Positions 12,301 through 26,300 of a stretch of DNA of 64,000 nt are shown here, one piece after another. The stretch is from Phoronis australis (taxonomy: Eukaryota; Animalia; Phoronida): the NCBI GenBank assembly GCA_002633005.1, contig NMRA01000128.1, positions 793,482 to 857,481 of the forward strand. Direction: 5' to 3'. The notes beneath the pieces are model-generated. The model searched no databases, had not been told where the DNA came from, and was given only the letters and a program-made list of their open reading frames with translations. Made by a program: the position numbers and the translations under genes. How positions within the stretch are numbered: position 1 is the stretch's first letter; each line of letters starts with the position of its first letter.

Positions 12301-15300
12301 TGTAAAAACTGCTGTCGTTTCAAGCACATGAAAGTAGCGTAATGTATAATTACTGTAACGATAACTCATTGTACTAAACATACTTGAATACTCATCAGTA
12401 TTTGACCAGTCTAATGTAGTTGAAAGACTTGAAATTGATAGATTTATTTTCAGGTAATTAAAGTAAAGCTGGTTTGATATTCTATGAATATTCTCGATGG
12501 CTAATCTACCGATTCACCTGAAACTATTGATTTTTGTTTTTCTATTTAGACCTGTCTATGTTTAGGTTAGTAAGACACAACAACATCACAAACAACATAA
12601 AATGGTGAATATGGATTTTGCTTATAGCCTTTTAAACATTAGGCATATGGTACATAATTGGTGAAATTTTAATCCCAATTGTGTTATATTGTCATTGTGC
12701 ATTATGTTTTTGTTTGGTTGTTTGTGCATATTTTTGTCTAGATTACTGTGGAGATTGACATGGGTGGCTGACTGTGAGTATAAATACTTTTGTTGGCTGT
12801 TTCATAAACCCACTTTCTGTTGCTTTATGTCGAAACAAATTGGTGTTTTTATATTGTACACAAGGTACTGTTGAGAACAGGTAATTTTAATCTTGGTCTG
12901 AATTTTTTTCATTCTGAAATATTCTACATCTTATGCATTGTGGGAACAAAAAAGTCTTTCGCGTGACCCAGTTTCTTATTCTGGAGTGCAAAACGGGTGG
13001 AGTTGACTTGGATGAATGCAGTTTTGCCCGATTTGGTTTAATATCCCACAATGCAGCAGTGGCAATTGACACCATCGTGGTTATAGAGAGTTTATGAAAA
13101 AACTAGGAAATGTCTCACTGTTTGTATTAAATCTACGGTATACAGGAATGAAAATGGCAATTGAAAGATTAAGATTATCAGCAATACACAGTAAAGTCTT
13201 TATTTATTATTTATTTAGTGTTGTTATTAATAACAGTGGTGTTGAATCTGTGGTTTTATGACTCACTATGTGCATTTTATGTTCAATCTATTTGTGTTTA
13301 CTACAGCATGATCAGCGTCACTGTCATTTGGCACACATTGTACATTGTTCAAAATGGCGTTGGAGTTGTTCCTAACTATTGTGATTGAATTATTTTTGAT
13401 ATACCATATGAGAGGTAATCATTGAGGAGTCCAATGAGGCATACAGACATTTTCTCAAATGGTGCTTATTTCTATTCCAGATCACAAAATTCATAATTAT
13501 TTGTTCTAGTCTATACGGCACTATTTTTAAAAATAACCAATTATATTTTCATCAACAAACAACATGAATCATCCCTGTCCTTCTGGCAGAGGTAAATAGA
13601 CAAAAAATTGGTGCATCCCGATTTTAAAAAGTAATCCCAAAATATAATTGATTCTCTTGAAGTCCAGCGTTATAATTGTCAGATTTTATTGTCAGGTATG
13701 TCTGCATATTTTTTAGCATTTTGACCTCTATTAGCATCACATGAAAAGTGTTCAAGACATCTCATATGGAGATAAGTGCAATTTTAATTCAATTAATTTT
13801 AAAAAATCAGGCCATTAAAAATAACCGATTTTCAGGGTGACCACTATGATATTTTGTTTCTCAGTATTCTGGCACAGCAGGCCACTTGATTGGTGATGGC
13901 GTCATCCATCTGAGCAACCGTTAACTCATCGGGAAATTTTTTGAACAACTTTGGCCATCGTAAATTTATGCTTTTTGTTGCACTGTATTTGTCAAATATG
14001 TGACCTTCACTATAGCTGTAAAAGTATGCCATGCTAAAAAGCAATACCACAAAGTAGATTATTATGTATGATGCACATCCATGCTTGTGACATGATGCAT
14101 TTCCATCAGCGGTTCATACAGGATTTCAAACTTAGGTTGTCCAAAGTGGGTTTACAAATTTCTCGGGGCATTCATGACCAATGATGCATGACTGGGTTTT
14201 GATGACTCAAATTGTTGTAACTGTGTTAGTATGTTACTTTGGTCACATGGGCCTGCAATAAAGATAAAGTACATATCTTGCATCATATCTAACGAGCTAC
14301 CAGAGCTGCTATTAGCAAATGCAAAGGTACTCCAATACAATAACTGCCGGCTGTCTGATCACCTGGAACCATTTTTACGCTTTTATAGATAAAACCAAGC
14401 TGAGGAGCTAGAGACCTGACTCAGGGGTCCAGCAGTGTGCCCCAGTGTGAACCCACAACTTTGAGTAAAGGAAGCGGACACCAATCACACTAGGCCACAC
14501 TGTGTCCTCTAAGAGACTCCAATGCTTAGTGTTTACTTTACTTGTGCACACAAACCCTGACAAGGATGTCCAAATGCTGAACTGAGCATCCCAGCAAGGG
14601 TTTCAAAATTTGAGTAAGGATGTACAGTGGGACAACCGAAGACACCTCGGAACATGACAACCTGGTTGTAATTACCGTTTGGCGTGCTGTATTGTTTTGA
14701 AAAGGAAGACAACCTCTATTTGTAGCATTTCCCTGATTACAAAATGAGTAGGAAATTATGGCCACTTGCTGTTAAGACTATACTTTACAATGAATTGGAA
14801 CAATTTGTAAGACCAACATTTTTCATATTTTGATGAGTGATTTGGTCATTTCCTTGATGTCACCAGTTGCAGTTATTATATGTAAATTGATTTTTGTTTT
14901 AATTGATACTTTTCTTCTTGTTATCTAAGCCTTTATATGTTGAAGGCTGTTACTGTTGATAAAAAGACATTATTTTCAATATCAAGTTAATAAGGGTAAA
15001 ATCTTACCAATTTCAAACAAAAGTTATATCCAAGATTAACCCCGTTTTCATTTTTCAAGACCTACTAACATGGTTGTAAGGAACTCAATTTGTCAAAACA
15101 GAGTAAGATGGTAGCTAATGGTACAAAACTTAAACATGGAAAACCTTTAAAAGTGATACAATAAAATTTCACTTGTCGGTCATGTTGTGTCTTAAATTGA
15201 TGAGATTTTACTGTAGTATCCCCATTGTCCTTTCTTGAAGAGCGTGAAACATGTGACATTGTAATGTGCCCTACAGTCAGTCACACGATTTGAAAATGAG

Positions 15301-17261
15301 CAACTTGTGCAAACTTATTATAATTTTATTATGACATTATTTATATTCCAACAGTTCTGTTCATTAACATCAAAATAGTCATTGTCACTACATTTTTTAT
15401 TTTGTTTTGCCAAGTATCAGTCTCCAGAGACCAGAGCAGCTTGCATAATTTGGCAATGATTTGCTTGTTTTGTTGTCTAGTCATTTAAATGAAAATATAA
15501 TATTTTGCACTGGTCATAATAACCATTCAAACCTCACCCAACTTGTTTCTCTGCAAACCAGGTTGGAGTTCTGAGATGAGATCTGTCTGATATGCACTGT
15601 CACATAGATGCATTGCTGGTTTCAGATCTTTGTATTCACAAGTAGTGTGTTACATGGAGACAGAATTGTGGTTTTGGATCTGTCTAGTTGCATGAACTGT
15701 GTCGTAAATAGGCACGATTCCTACACGATTCTGATCTCAGTCTGTTTTTCTGCTTCAATTTCAGGCAAGTGAGTTTAGAACTGAAACAGACAGCTTTGGT
15801 GCTATCCAAGTACCTGTCAACAAGTATTATGGAGCTAACACAGCTCGCTCAATAATGAACTTTGAAATTGGTGGACCAGCAGATCGAATGCCTGTAAGTT
15901 AACTAGATTAAGTAACTATGTTATACTTGTGTTCCACCACCTGATTTGGCTCCTTTCCCTAACAAGTTTCCATTTTGTCATGGCGAATTTGGATGGCCTA
16001 TGTCATACTTGAAAAGCAATATGAGTTTTAACTCGCGTGCTATTCTTTAGAAAAACAGAACATTTTGGGTGTTTGTCTCCAGGTCAGTGTGCTCTTTCCA
16101 AAGCTTTATATACACTCCCAGTCCTCACCGTGTGGCATTGACTTTCATGTTACATGTTGAATTCCTGTCGAATTTAACTTTTCTGCTCTGGAAAATCCTG
16201 AGTTACGTCAGTCTCTTCCTCACATGGCTTGTAGCAAATGGTGTTTTGTTATGATGCTGTAGTCTGTGAGATGGGGTTTTAAAAGCATTGTCTCTTCTAT
16301 TAATCATTAGCAATATTAAACAGCAACATAATTTTCTATTATCGTCACCTTAGTAATGAAATAGAGGATGGCACTGTGTAGTAACATATAAATAAAGAAA
16401 GCACATAGAGAAATTGGCATTCAGTATAAAATATTTTTCACATAATTTTCCTGTGAAAGCACCATTTCTCAATGCTTAACAGGGGTATTTACATCGAGGT
16501 AGGACAGTTTAGCTGTAAAAGTGATATGTATGTTAATGTTTATGTGATTAAATATTTTGTATCAACATTATTGCTTGCTCTGTATGCGAAGACTATCATG
16601 CTTTCTTTGCTAGTCATTTCACTTGCTGGGTTGTGAAATAGTTGTGCATTTCACTTGCTGTGTTGTGAAATAGTTGTACATTTCACATGCTCTGGTGACA
16701 GTTCGATTTGTTTCACAGATGGCTGTTATTAAAGGACTTGCTATCCTCAAACGGTCTGCTGCGGAAGTGAATAAGAAGTATGGCTTAGACAGCTCAGTTG
16801 CTGATATGATCGTCAAAGTGGCTGACGAGGTTTGCACTTTATTTTGGGACATTTGTGGGACATTAAGTGTAGAGTAATCTACTAACATGCCATTTAAATT
16901 GGGTCAAAGATACTGGGATTAAACCAGATTTGACATCTTTTATACTCACATGATACAATACTCAATATTCTTATTATATTGAGAACATAAAGACATGTAG
17001 CCAAGCTTATTGTACATGCATAAACTCAAAAAAGATTTTTAAGTGAAGTGTAAATGTAAATCTGCTGTTTTTGTTGATTTGTAATATGGGCCAGTGGCCT
17101 GTTTACTCTAATAATCATATGTGTTAATAATCATGTATGTATGTATGAGTTCGTGTGAGTGTGTGTGTGTGTATGTGTGTGTGTGTGTGTGCGTGGGTGC
17201 GTGCATGGGAGTAAGCGAATTAGCGACTGTATGAATGAATGTATGTATGTGCGTATGTATG

Positions 17262-17328
<67 letters not shown>

Positions 17329-20300
17329 ACGTCTGTATGTCTGTATTTGTATGTTTATTATCAGCTAAAAAATTAACAATAAGGGTTTACAAAACATCTT
17401 GCAAAGTTAATGTTATGACTCGTTCAGTACGAGTATAATAAACAGAAAATTACGAGTCATTACTGAACTTACTTTAAATGAAAGGCAACGTATTGCCAGC
17501 CTCTGCTGGCTTTTTCAAGCCTGTGCGACTTCTGGTGGATTCGGTCAGAGTTGAGAAAATTGGCGGGGGGAAACTTTATTTACCCTCTGAAAGGGATCTG
17601 GTCACAGCTTTGACCTTGACAATTTGCTAATCCTTGACAACTAGAAAAACTGGTGTGAACGGGGAGTCAAGGAGTGTATACACAAAAGAATTGAAAATCC
17701 ATCTTGGAACTGAACAAGAGGCTTGAGATTCAACCTATCACACACCTGGGACAGGATTCTGACTAAAGTTTCCTGCCGATTTTCTGAACTCCAACAGAAT
17801 CCACCAGAGGACGCACAGGCTTGAAAAAGGCAGCAGAGGCTGGCGAAACGTTGCCTTTCATCTCATGTAAGTTCAGTAACAACTCATAATTTTCTGCATA
17901 TTTTGCAGAGTTAAGAAAGAAACAAAAATAATCACAAATAATAAGTAACGATGTTAGGTAAGAGAGCAATAAAGACATGTTCACACTCAAATATATGGAC
18001 TGAATTAATGTATATTATTTGTAAACAAAAATGAGGTATGCACCATGTGCTCATGGAGAGTAACTAAAGGACTTTCATCCTGAAAAACTCGCTGTTAATT
18101 TGAATTGTTCCTATGATCACGCTGCAGTCGGTACTAGAGAAAAGGCATAGAATAAGTCTTTTATCTGGTTTTATTTGTCTGACATGACCTCACAGGATAA
18201 GAAGATGACTAATGCTGAAAAAAGATAATCTTGGCTTTGTGATAATCTGAGTTTAAGATAATCACATTCCATGTTTTCACTATGACACCAAATCAAAAAT
18301 GGACTTCATCATTTTTAAAGCTACGTTTCACTCTCATTTGTTTATCTTTGAAAAACAAAAATTAAATTACACGTTTTGCGCTTGTGATATCTCTCTCGTG
18401 ATATTCCTAACCGTGACAGAACTCTAATTTCTTTACCAACAAGAACATCGAAACCATCGAGAAAACGAATAATACAATTTTCAAATTTGTTTTAACAAGT
18501 TAAAAAGTTAATATGCAGCTTCTCAATTTCTGTTCTCATGTTAATGATGGTGTTGATATTGTCGATGTTAATGAAACTGGAATCCTGACACGTCAGACCA
18601 ATATTATGAGAGTAGAGGAGACAGTGTGGCCTGGTTGATAAGTGCCCGCTTTCATTACTCAAGGTCGTGGGTTCGAGTCACAACAGGTCACACTGGTAAA
18701 CCCTTGAGCCAGGTTTCTAGCTCCTCAGCTCGGTTTTAACCATGTATTAATAAAGCATAAAAATATTTCCAGGTGATCAGTGCAATGGGCCCACATGCGA
18801 GGTCTGCGCACGTCTGGTACAACGTGTATCAGACCGCCTACAATTAAAAAGTAAAAAAAATATATTATGAGAGTAAAGGGTCTAATTTTTTAAGCAAGAA
18901 GTTAAATTATTGTTAACCGTAGGTTATTTGGTGGGCGGGGGCCAATTGCCCACCATGTTCAGGCTAAAATTAAGAAATGAACAAGAAAAAATTCGAGCAG
19001 CTCATCATCCAATGAAAAAGACGTGAAAGACATGTTGAACGGGTTGAAATCGGTGGTGGCCATGAGGTGAAGTTCTCATATGCCATCATTTGATCAAAGC
19101 TACCTATGTCATATGCCCCCAAACAGTCAACTCTACATACACATATGTTGGTTTTGCACCATTCATTTCCTCCTTGTTGGTTAGTTGTTACCTTGAACAC
19201 CCAGTAGATAATAGCTCACATAGATCCAAGATTTCTTAAACAGTCTTGCATAATATATGAAACAAAATAAACATATAACACTATTAGTTTTCCCATGTGT
19301 AGTGATATAAGTACCCATCGGAAGACAGTTTTTTTTTATTGTTTAGTGATTTGCCCTATGTTTCGTTGCTTGGTTACTAGAAACTCAACGGAGATTCCAA
19401 GAACCCCTGAGGAAATCGGAAATCACTTGAATGAACATGTACACTACTGTTTTTTTCTTTTTATAAAACAAATTTGTAAATAGTGCAACATGTTTATTTT
19501 TGTTGTTGATAGCATTTGTAATGCTTCAGTGTTGTTATTTTCATTGTTGGTGTTGGTGTTATCTATGTCTGTAGTTTTTCACATTTTGATTATAAAAGCT
19601 GTTGTCCTTTTTTTAAACCTAGATTATTGCTGGTAAGCTAGATGACCATTTTCCCTTGGTGATCTGGCAGACAGGGTCGGGTACCCAGACCAATATGAAC
19701 GTCAATGAAGTGATCAGCAACAGAGCTATTGAATTAATGGGTGGAGTGATGGGCTCCAAGACTCCTGTACATCCTAATGATCACGTCAACAAAAGCCAGG
19801 TAAGTCAGATTACGGGTGTTTTGGGTACGGTCATGCTCACTTCCTGCTCTGTAAGTCCTTCATTGAAGTAGTAGTAAATACAGTAATGGTGCGTTCGTGA
19901 AACATGGCTGAAATGCATTTCGAAATTTATGTAAAGCAAGTTGATGTTGTTTAACTTTTGCTTTGTAATTCTACAATGTGTTCTAAGTTAGGTTAGTGTT
20001 AAGGTCATGTTTGGCGTTATCAATAAGTCTTTGCAATTAGCCAAAAATCTACAAAAATATAGGTATTCACTTCGTAAAAGTATATTTTTTTCTTAAAGTA
20101 GAAAGCCTGTAGAGCTTGATTTTAATGTACCAATTAGTCATTTGGTGTAAAAACAAAGATAGATTTAGTTGTATAACAAGAATATAAATAACATGGCCTA
20201 ATTTCATTTGATATTAGAGTTCTAAAATGAAATCTTAAATTCGCTGCATAGGCGGATTTAGGGGGGGGGGCAGAGGGCCCGGGCCCCCCTTGGCTGCCGC

Positions 20301-23300
20301 AAAAAAAACAGCAAGAGTGTGAAACAAGATTTAAATGTGTGCAGTTTTAGTGTTTGGGGGGGGCTCAGATCCAATTTCAAGTGTCAAATTCGGAACTAAG
20401 GCAAAGTATAGGCTCTCCCGCGACATCCCAGGAGACCGGCAGTGGCGCTGCTCACTACAACTCCGTTTCCGTCGTCTGCTCCACTGTGCAATGAAGAAAA
20501 TGTACTTCATTTTTTAAAGAAAATGGAACCTGAGTGACGATGAAAAACAGAAGCTGCTGGTAAGATGCGAATCCTAATCGAAGCCTTAGTGAATCACTCA
20601 GAAACTCATAATTCTCTCTTTGTCAATCCTTAACTTAGACGATTTCCAAAGCAATCCCGTTATTATTCCCAACACGAAAAACGGATTTGGTGTTTTGGGC
20701 ATTTGAAGACTATTTTAAATACAACAAATTTGTTACGAACCGATTGCACAAAATATAAAACATGTAATAAGCATTACAAAAAGAAGTAGGTTTCATGCAC
20801 AAACGCTGTAGGTCTCTTAGTATTAGATTAGGAGTTAAATCGTGGTGGTGTAGTGGTAAAGCATGCGCGCTCTATCCGCCGAGTCATGAGTTCGAGTCTG
20901 CGGTTTTTGCAGTTTTTCCTGTTTGATACGTTCTCCATGTTTCTTTTGCCTTTTTTCTTGGATAATACTTCAAGAATCAAGGAAAATGCTTGATTTTTAG
21001 AGGAAAAAACAGAAAAATTTCCTGGGCAGTAGGGGGGTTTGACCTCCCCCCATTTGGTGCTATGCGCATCTACAATCGTGGTTTGCGCAAATGCTTACAG
21101 ACATAATGTTGGGCCCCCCTTGTGATATCCTAGATCCGCCACTTCGCTGTTACGGTTTCTTTAAAATATTTTATTTTATGCAACTTTTGAATTTTTTCTT
21201 AAGAATCATAACCGTCTTATTTTTTCTAACCCTCATACAAAAGTCGGACATTTTAAAAACAATTTCTATGAACAGCTTTTTGGAGAAGAGAACATAAAGC
21301 CTGGTATGTGAAAGTTTCATAGGAATCCTATTCTCCATTTCTCAAGATATGATGTTCTGAACTTAGCCATATTTGGACATTTTCTTTATGACTTTTCCCA
21401 TAGTCAGCGATCAACTGCTGACTTGACAAAAAATCGTCCATTAGCAATCAACAAACGTCATCGACAATAGTTGGAAACGGGTATTCATTTGAAGTCAAAA
21501 ATTTGGTATCACTCGAAGCCAAGCATCATTGACTACGTTTTGTGTGCAGTCATTCAAACTAGGAAACTGGCAGAAGTTAGAGCCACACCGTGCCACATCC
21601 AACATATGGAGTGACAGATCAACATGAGATTCATTGTATTTGATGTCAATAAAACTACTTGGAAATGGTTCAACTAAATATAAACCTTACCAATAGGTAA
21701 TCTTATCTTCAGTAGAGTACTGCAATAATTTCTTATTATTTACATGCAAATATTATATTAAATATTTTGATAATGTTGTCACAACTGTCAGAAGATAACT
21801 TATAATGCAACATTACAAAGCCATACATCACTAATATCTTTACAGAGCTCCAATGATACATTCCCAACTGCCATGCACGTTGCGGTTGCTATGGAAATTC
21901 ACCAACATTTGTTGCCAGGTTTACAAGTACTCCATGATGCTTTAAAGGCAAAGTCTGAAGAATTTAGAGATATTGTCAAGATAGGTAGAACTCACACTAT
22001 GGTAAGATTGCTGGGTTTGCATTTTGTTGCCTAAATTATGTTTTTGACTGTAGGGCAGAAAAAACAGTCCATGATTTAAGTGTGTAGGGAAGTGTGTGGA
22101 TTTATGGTCTTTAAAATGTATACAGTGTAAAGTAATATTATAGTTCTACTCTGTGAGCATGTTATGCCTTTTATAAAAAATATGCGAAATGTTGACTTTT
22201 GCTTGTATGTCATACTGTTCATTAACGTAAATCCACCATGGTATTGATCACAGTCGCATTCAAGAAAGCTGCTGTTTTGCCATATTGCATATAATTAAGT
22301 GCTACTTATCACTGTAGTTAAGTGCTACTTATCACTGTAGTTAAGTGCTACTTATCACTGTAGTTAAGTGCTACTTATCACTGTAGTTAAGTGCTACTTA
22401 TCACTGTAGTTGTGACGACGGATGTGTGAATTTGATCACTCTAACAAACATTCAGCCATGGCAGATAAACTAGTTATCTCTGTATCTAAAGCTCTTTCAG
22501 AAACAAGGGACTATTTTGCTAGTCTGATACCTATGAAAAATGCAAGCAAGAAGACAATGTTTTATCAACTTTTGATTTTTAAAAGCATCATAAGTAGTCT
22601 CGAATTGCTCACTCGTCGATGGATGCCTGATCAGACTTCTGTTGAAGTAGCTAAGTTGCTGACAAAGTGTAACCTTCCTCTTGAAATATACATCAAAACC
22701 CCATAGCTGAATGAGGGCGTTCTGGGCGACGATACAAGTATCTAACAAACCCATGCCAAGTTTTCTAAAAGACCTCCTGAAGGCTCATTTTCGGTAAAAT
22801 GAATGTTTCCGAAAGACCCCCAGTAACTTCGATTTACAATTGTCAAGAAGTAAGATTAAATGATGACAACACAATGGTCAAATGTCAAAATTTTGTAACA
22901 GGCACTTAAAACAGTGTGACTTTTTGATCTTTAAGGATGCTGTCCCTCTAACGCTGGGGCAAGAGTTTAGTGGTTATCTTCAACAAGTTGCCAATGGAAT
23001 TGAGAGAGTGAAGGGAGCCCTTCCTCGGCTGTACCAGTTGGCTGCAGGTATGATCTTGTCCTCACCTGTTTGAAGTGTTTAGCTGTTGTATGGGGACATG
23101 CTCACCCTAGGACCTGTTGTTATCAACAGACTTCAGTCATAGCTGAGGGTGACATACATTTCATTACAGTCTGTGGTTCATGGAGGTGGTCATTAAGTCT
23201 GAATGCAGACTACAGTCAATTTATTATCTGTCGCGTTGTTTTGTGCCTTTAAAAACACAGCGTTGAATTTAGCAATAACATGCCTTTGCTAGCCTTAGGT

Positions 23301-26300
23301 ACACCCTGGCATGTGACCTTTAATTAAACAGGATCCAGGTGTTGTGAAGTATTTAGAGCTTTTATTCATTGCTGTTTACCGGTCTGTAACTAAATATAAT
23401 GAGCAATTTAGTGACATAAGTTCAATATGTAGAAATCTGATCAATCATCAATCAGCCTCAGCAGCATAAACATTAAGTCTGAATAAACATTTACAATGAA
23501 AAAAATATGAATTTGGTTTTAGAAAATTAACTTGTCAGTGTGGCTTGGGCACGTAAATGATAGTATATTAAACAATTTCATCTTGATTATCAACTGAAAA
23601 GCAGGTTAAGTGTATGAACAATAAATTAATGTATTATGGGTAAAATTTATTTTGTCTTAATTCCTCTGGTTGAAACATAGGGGGCACTGCTGTTGGTACA
23701 GGCTTGAATTCAAAACCAGGATTCGGTGAGGAAGTGGCCAAACGTATTGCTTCATATACAGGTAAAGATTTACGGTTATTGTTGTCTTAGGATATCCAGA
23801 CGAAATCACTGCAAAGTATTTTTGTGTAAATACCTAGTATATCTGGTTGCCAAGTTAGTAATTTCTTTACTGTAGCTTGTGTTGGGCAATCATATCTGGT
23901 AAAATTCAGACTTTACACTAGATTTAGCTTAATTTATTTATGTTAGACCATTATCACAGTAGTGCCTTTTATGAATTGTATTTTGAAAATTCGCCATACA
24001 AAATACAAATCAAATTGCACTGTGTATTTCAGGACAGTACTATTAAATTTTTCGGTTGTCATCATGTCTAGGTCTTCCGTTCGTGACTGCTCCCAATAAG
24101 TTTGAGGCACTGGCAGCCAAGGACGCATTAGTGGAGCTTAATGGATGTTTGAACACAGTAGCTTGCAGTCTCATGAAGGTCGCTAATGACATACGCTTCC
24201 TGGGCTCTGGGCCTCGCTGTGGTCTGGGAGAGTTGAGGTTACCTGCTAATGAACCCGGCAGTAGTATAATGCCAGGTATGAAAAACTGTGTTAAGGGTGT
24301 TGTAAAGAAATGTTTTTGTATTACTGAAAGTTAATTATTTTCGTGAAACAAATGACTTTGTTTTGTCTGAGAAACAAGGTCTATTATTGTGTATAAATAA
24401 GTGGCGTGCTCACCAGATTTAAAGTGTTTGCGATAAAGTCTATGATTGTTGTCCAAAATAACAAATACTTTCATCAGGATGAATGTTTTTCTGAAAGTTT
24501 TTGTGGACATATTTGAGAAGGCAGTCCTGAAGTAAAGGCTGGTTATAAGTTGTGTTCTGGTGACAAAAAACAAGTTTCATCACCAGCATATTTTGTGTTT
24601 TAATGTAAAATCATAGTACTTTCCTTTCTTTGGATTGAAGTTGGTTACAATAAATTGTCTGACGACAAAAATTAACCCACATTGACAAGCAAACTTTATG
24701 AGCCTGATGAAGCAATAGGGAACTTAGATTTTTCTTAACCTTAAAATGATGTGTAATCTGAAAAAGGAATAAGGTGAGAATGATTTTATGGTAAATGATC
24801 TGAATTTATGTTTTTCCCCTACTTTGGTGACGGGAAATAATCACGTAAGTTTACATAGTTGTCATTCTGACCGTAGGTTTGTGCATCCTTGCAGAGAACA
24901 GTATTTTTCTGTACCACTACGGGCATTTCTCATCATATTTCAGCCAAATTTTTAAAAAGGTATGCTTATGAATTGCCGTAGTGCGTATTGTTGGCATTTT
25001 GCAATTCAACACTCTTCACAAATTTTGATTCGTTCTTGACTTTCATGCTTTCATATAGGGAAATGCTCTTCTCTGCAGAATTTCTATATTTCAAATGTGG
25101 ATTTCGATGAAGTGCTGTTTGATATATCATCAGTACTTTGTAATTCTGCAACATTTTCATGAATTTTGGTCCATTTTTGATTTTCATGCATCAGCATACA
25201 GAAATGCTCTTCTGTGTGCAACTTCTACATCTCTCTAGAGATTTCAGTCAGGCTTTCAAAACAGTATGCTTACGAAGCGCTGTACTGCAAACTGTCGGCA
25301 TTTTGCAAGTCGAGCATTTTGCTCCTGAATTTGGCGTGATCTTGATTTTCACGAATGTGTATTGAAATCTGACCATAATGCGTATCATTGGCGTTTTACA
25401 ATTTGACCATATTTTCTTGAATTTTGGCCTGGGCCTGTTCTTGATTTTCACATATCTGTTTTGGTATCTGCTGCCTTGTTTGGAACTCCTACATTTTTCA
25501 GATTTTGGTCAAACTTTAAAGCAAGTAAGCTTACGAAGAGTAAGAAAATGTTCTTCTTAGCACAACTACACCTACATTTCATATAGGATTTCAACCAAAC
25601 TTTCAAAAGAATAATGCTTAAGAAGTGCCGTAGTGCATGTCTTTAGCACTGTGTGATTGGCCCATACTTTCCTCAGTTTGAGCCCATTCTCAATTTTCAT
25701 GCATGTATGTAGGGAAGTGTTTAGCCCCCTACAGGTTGGAACGTCATATGTCACATGTGGCTGAATAATTTCAATTAAAGCATGATTGCTGCATTATTCT
25801 CCAAAATGCTGTCTGGAAGGATATTTGCAATTTTCATTTTTGAATAAAAATCTATGTTTGTCGTGGTGGAACCATTTCTTATGCATCATTTTCAAAGTTA
25901 TGAGTTACCCAAAAAGAAGGGGAAAATTTTGCTAACTTTGAAACATCATATGTCAGAAATGGCTCATTGATTTCAAACGAAACACAATTTAGCCTGTATT
26001 GTTCTCCAGAACACTGTCTGTAGTTATTTTTTTAATTTTTACTTTTGAATAAAAAGCTATCGAAAATTGGGATTTGTGATTTTTATGATAACATAAAAAG
26101 TTGCTTGATATAAAACTGAAAAGGTAATTTAGAAAACAGTGATAACTTTTTGAGATTTCATCTTGAAGACCTATTTCAAAAGATATTAGACCACTCTCTT
26201 GATGCTGTATGTTTTCTACGAATGTACCTTTTCTCTAAATTTCAAAAAAGAAGTTCACATTACCCAATCAATGACAAATTAAAATAACATCCACTCTTCC

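Noticed and set aside
17159-17438. Cys/Val/Leu/Ser-repeat ORFs
   Set aside because: They are translations of microsatellites.
22295-22409. CRISPR-like 23-bp repeats
   Set aside because: There are no spacers and the context is a eukaryotic intron; it is a plain minisatellite.
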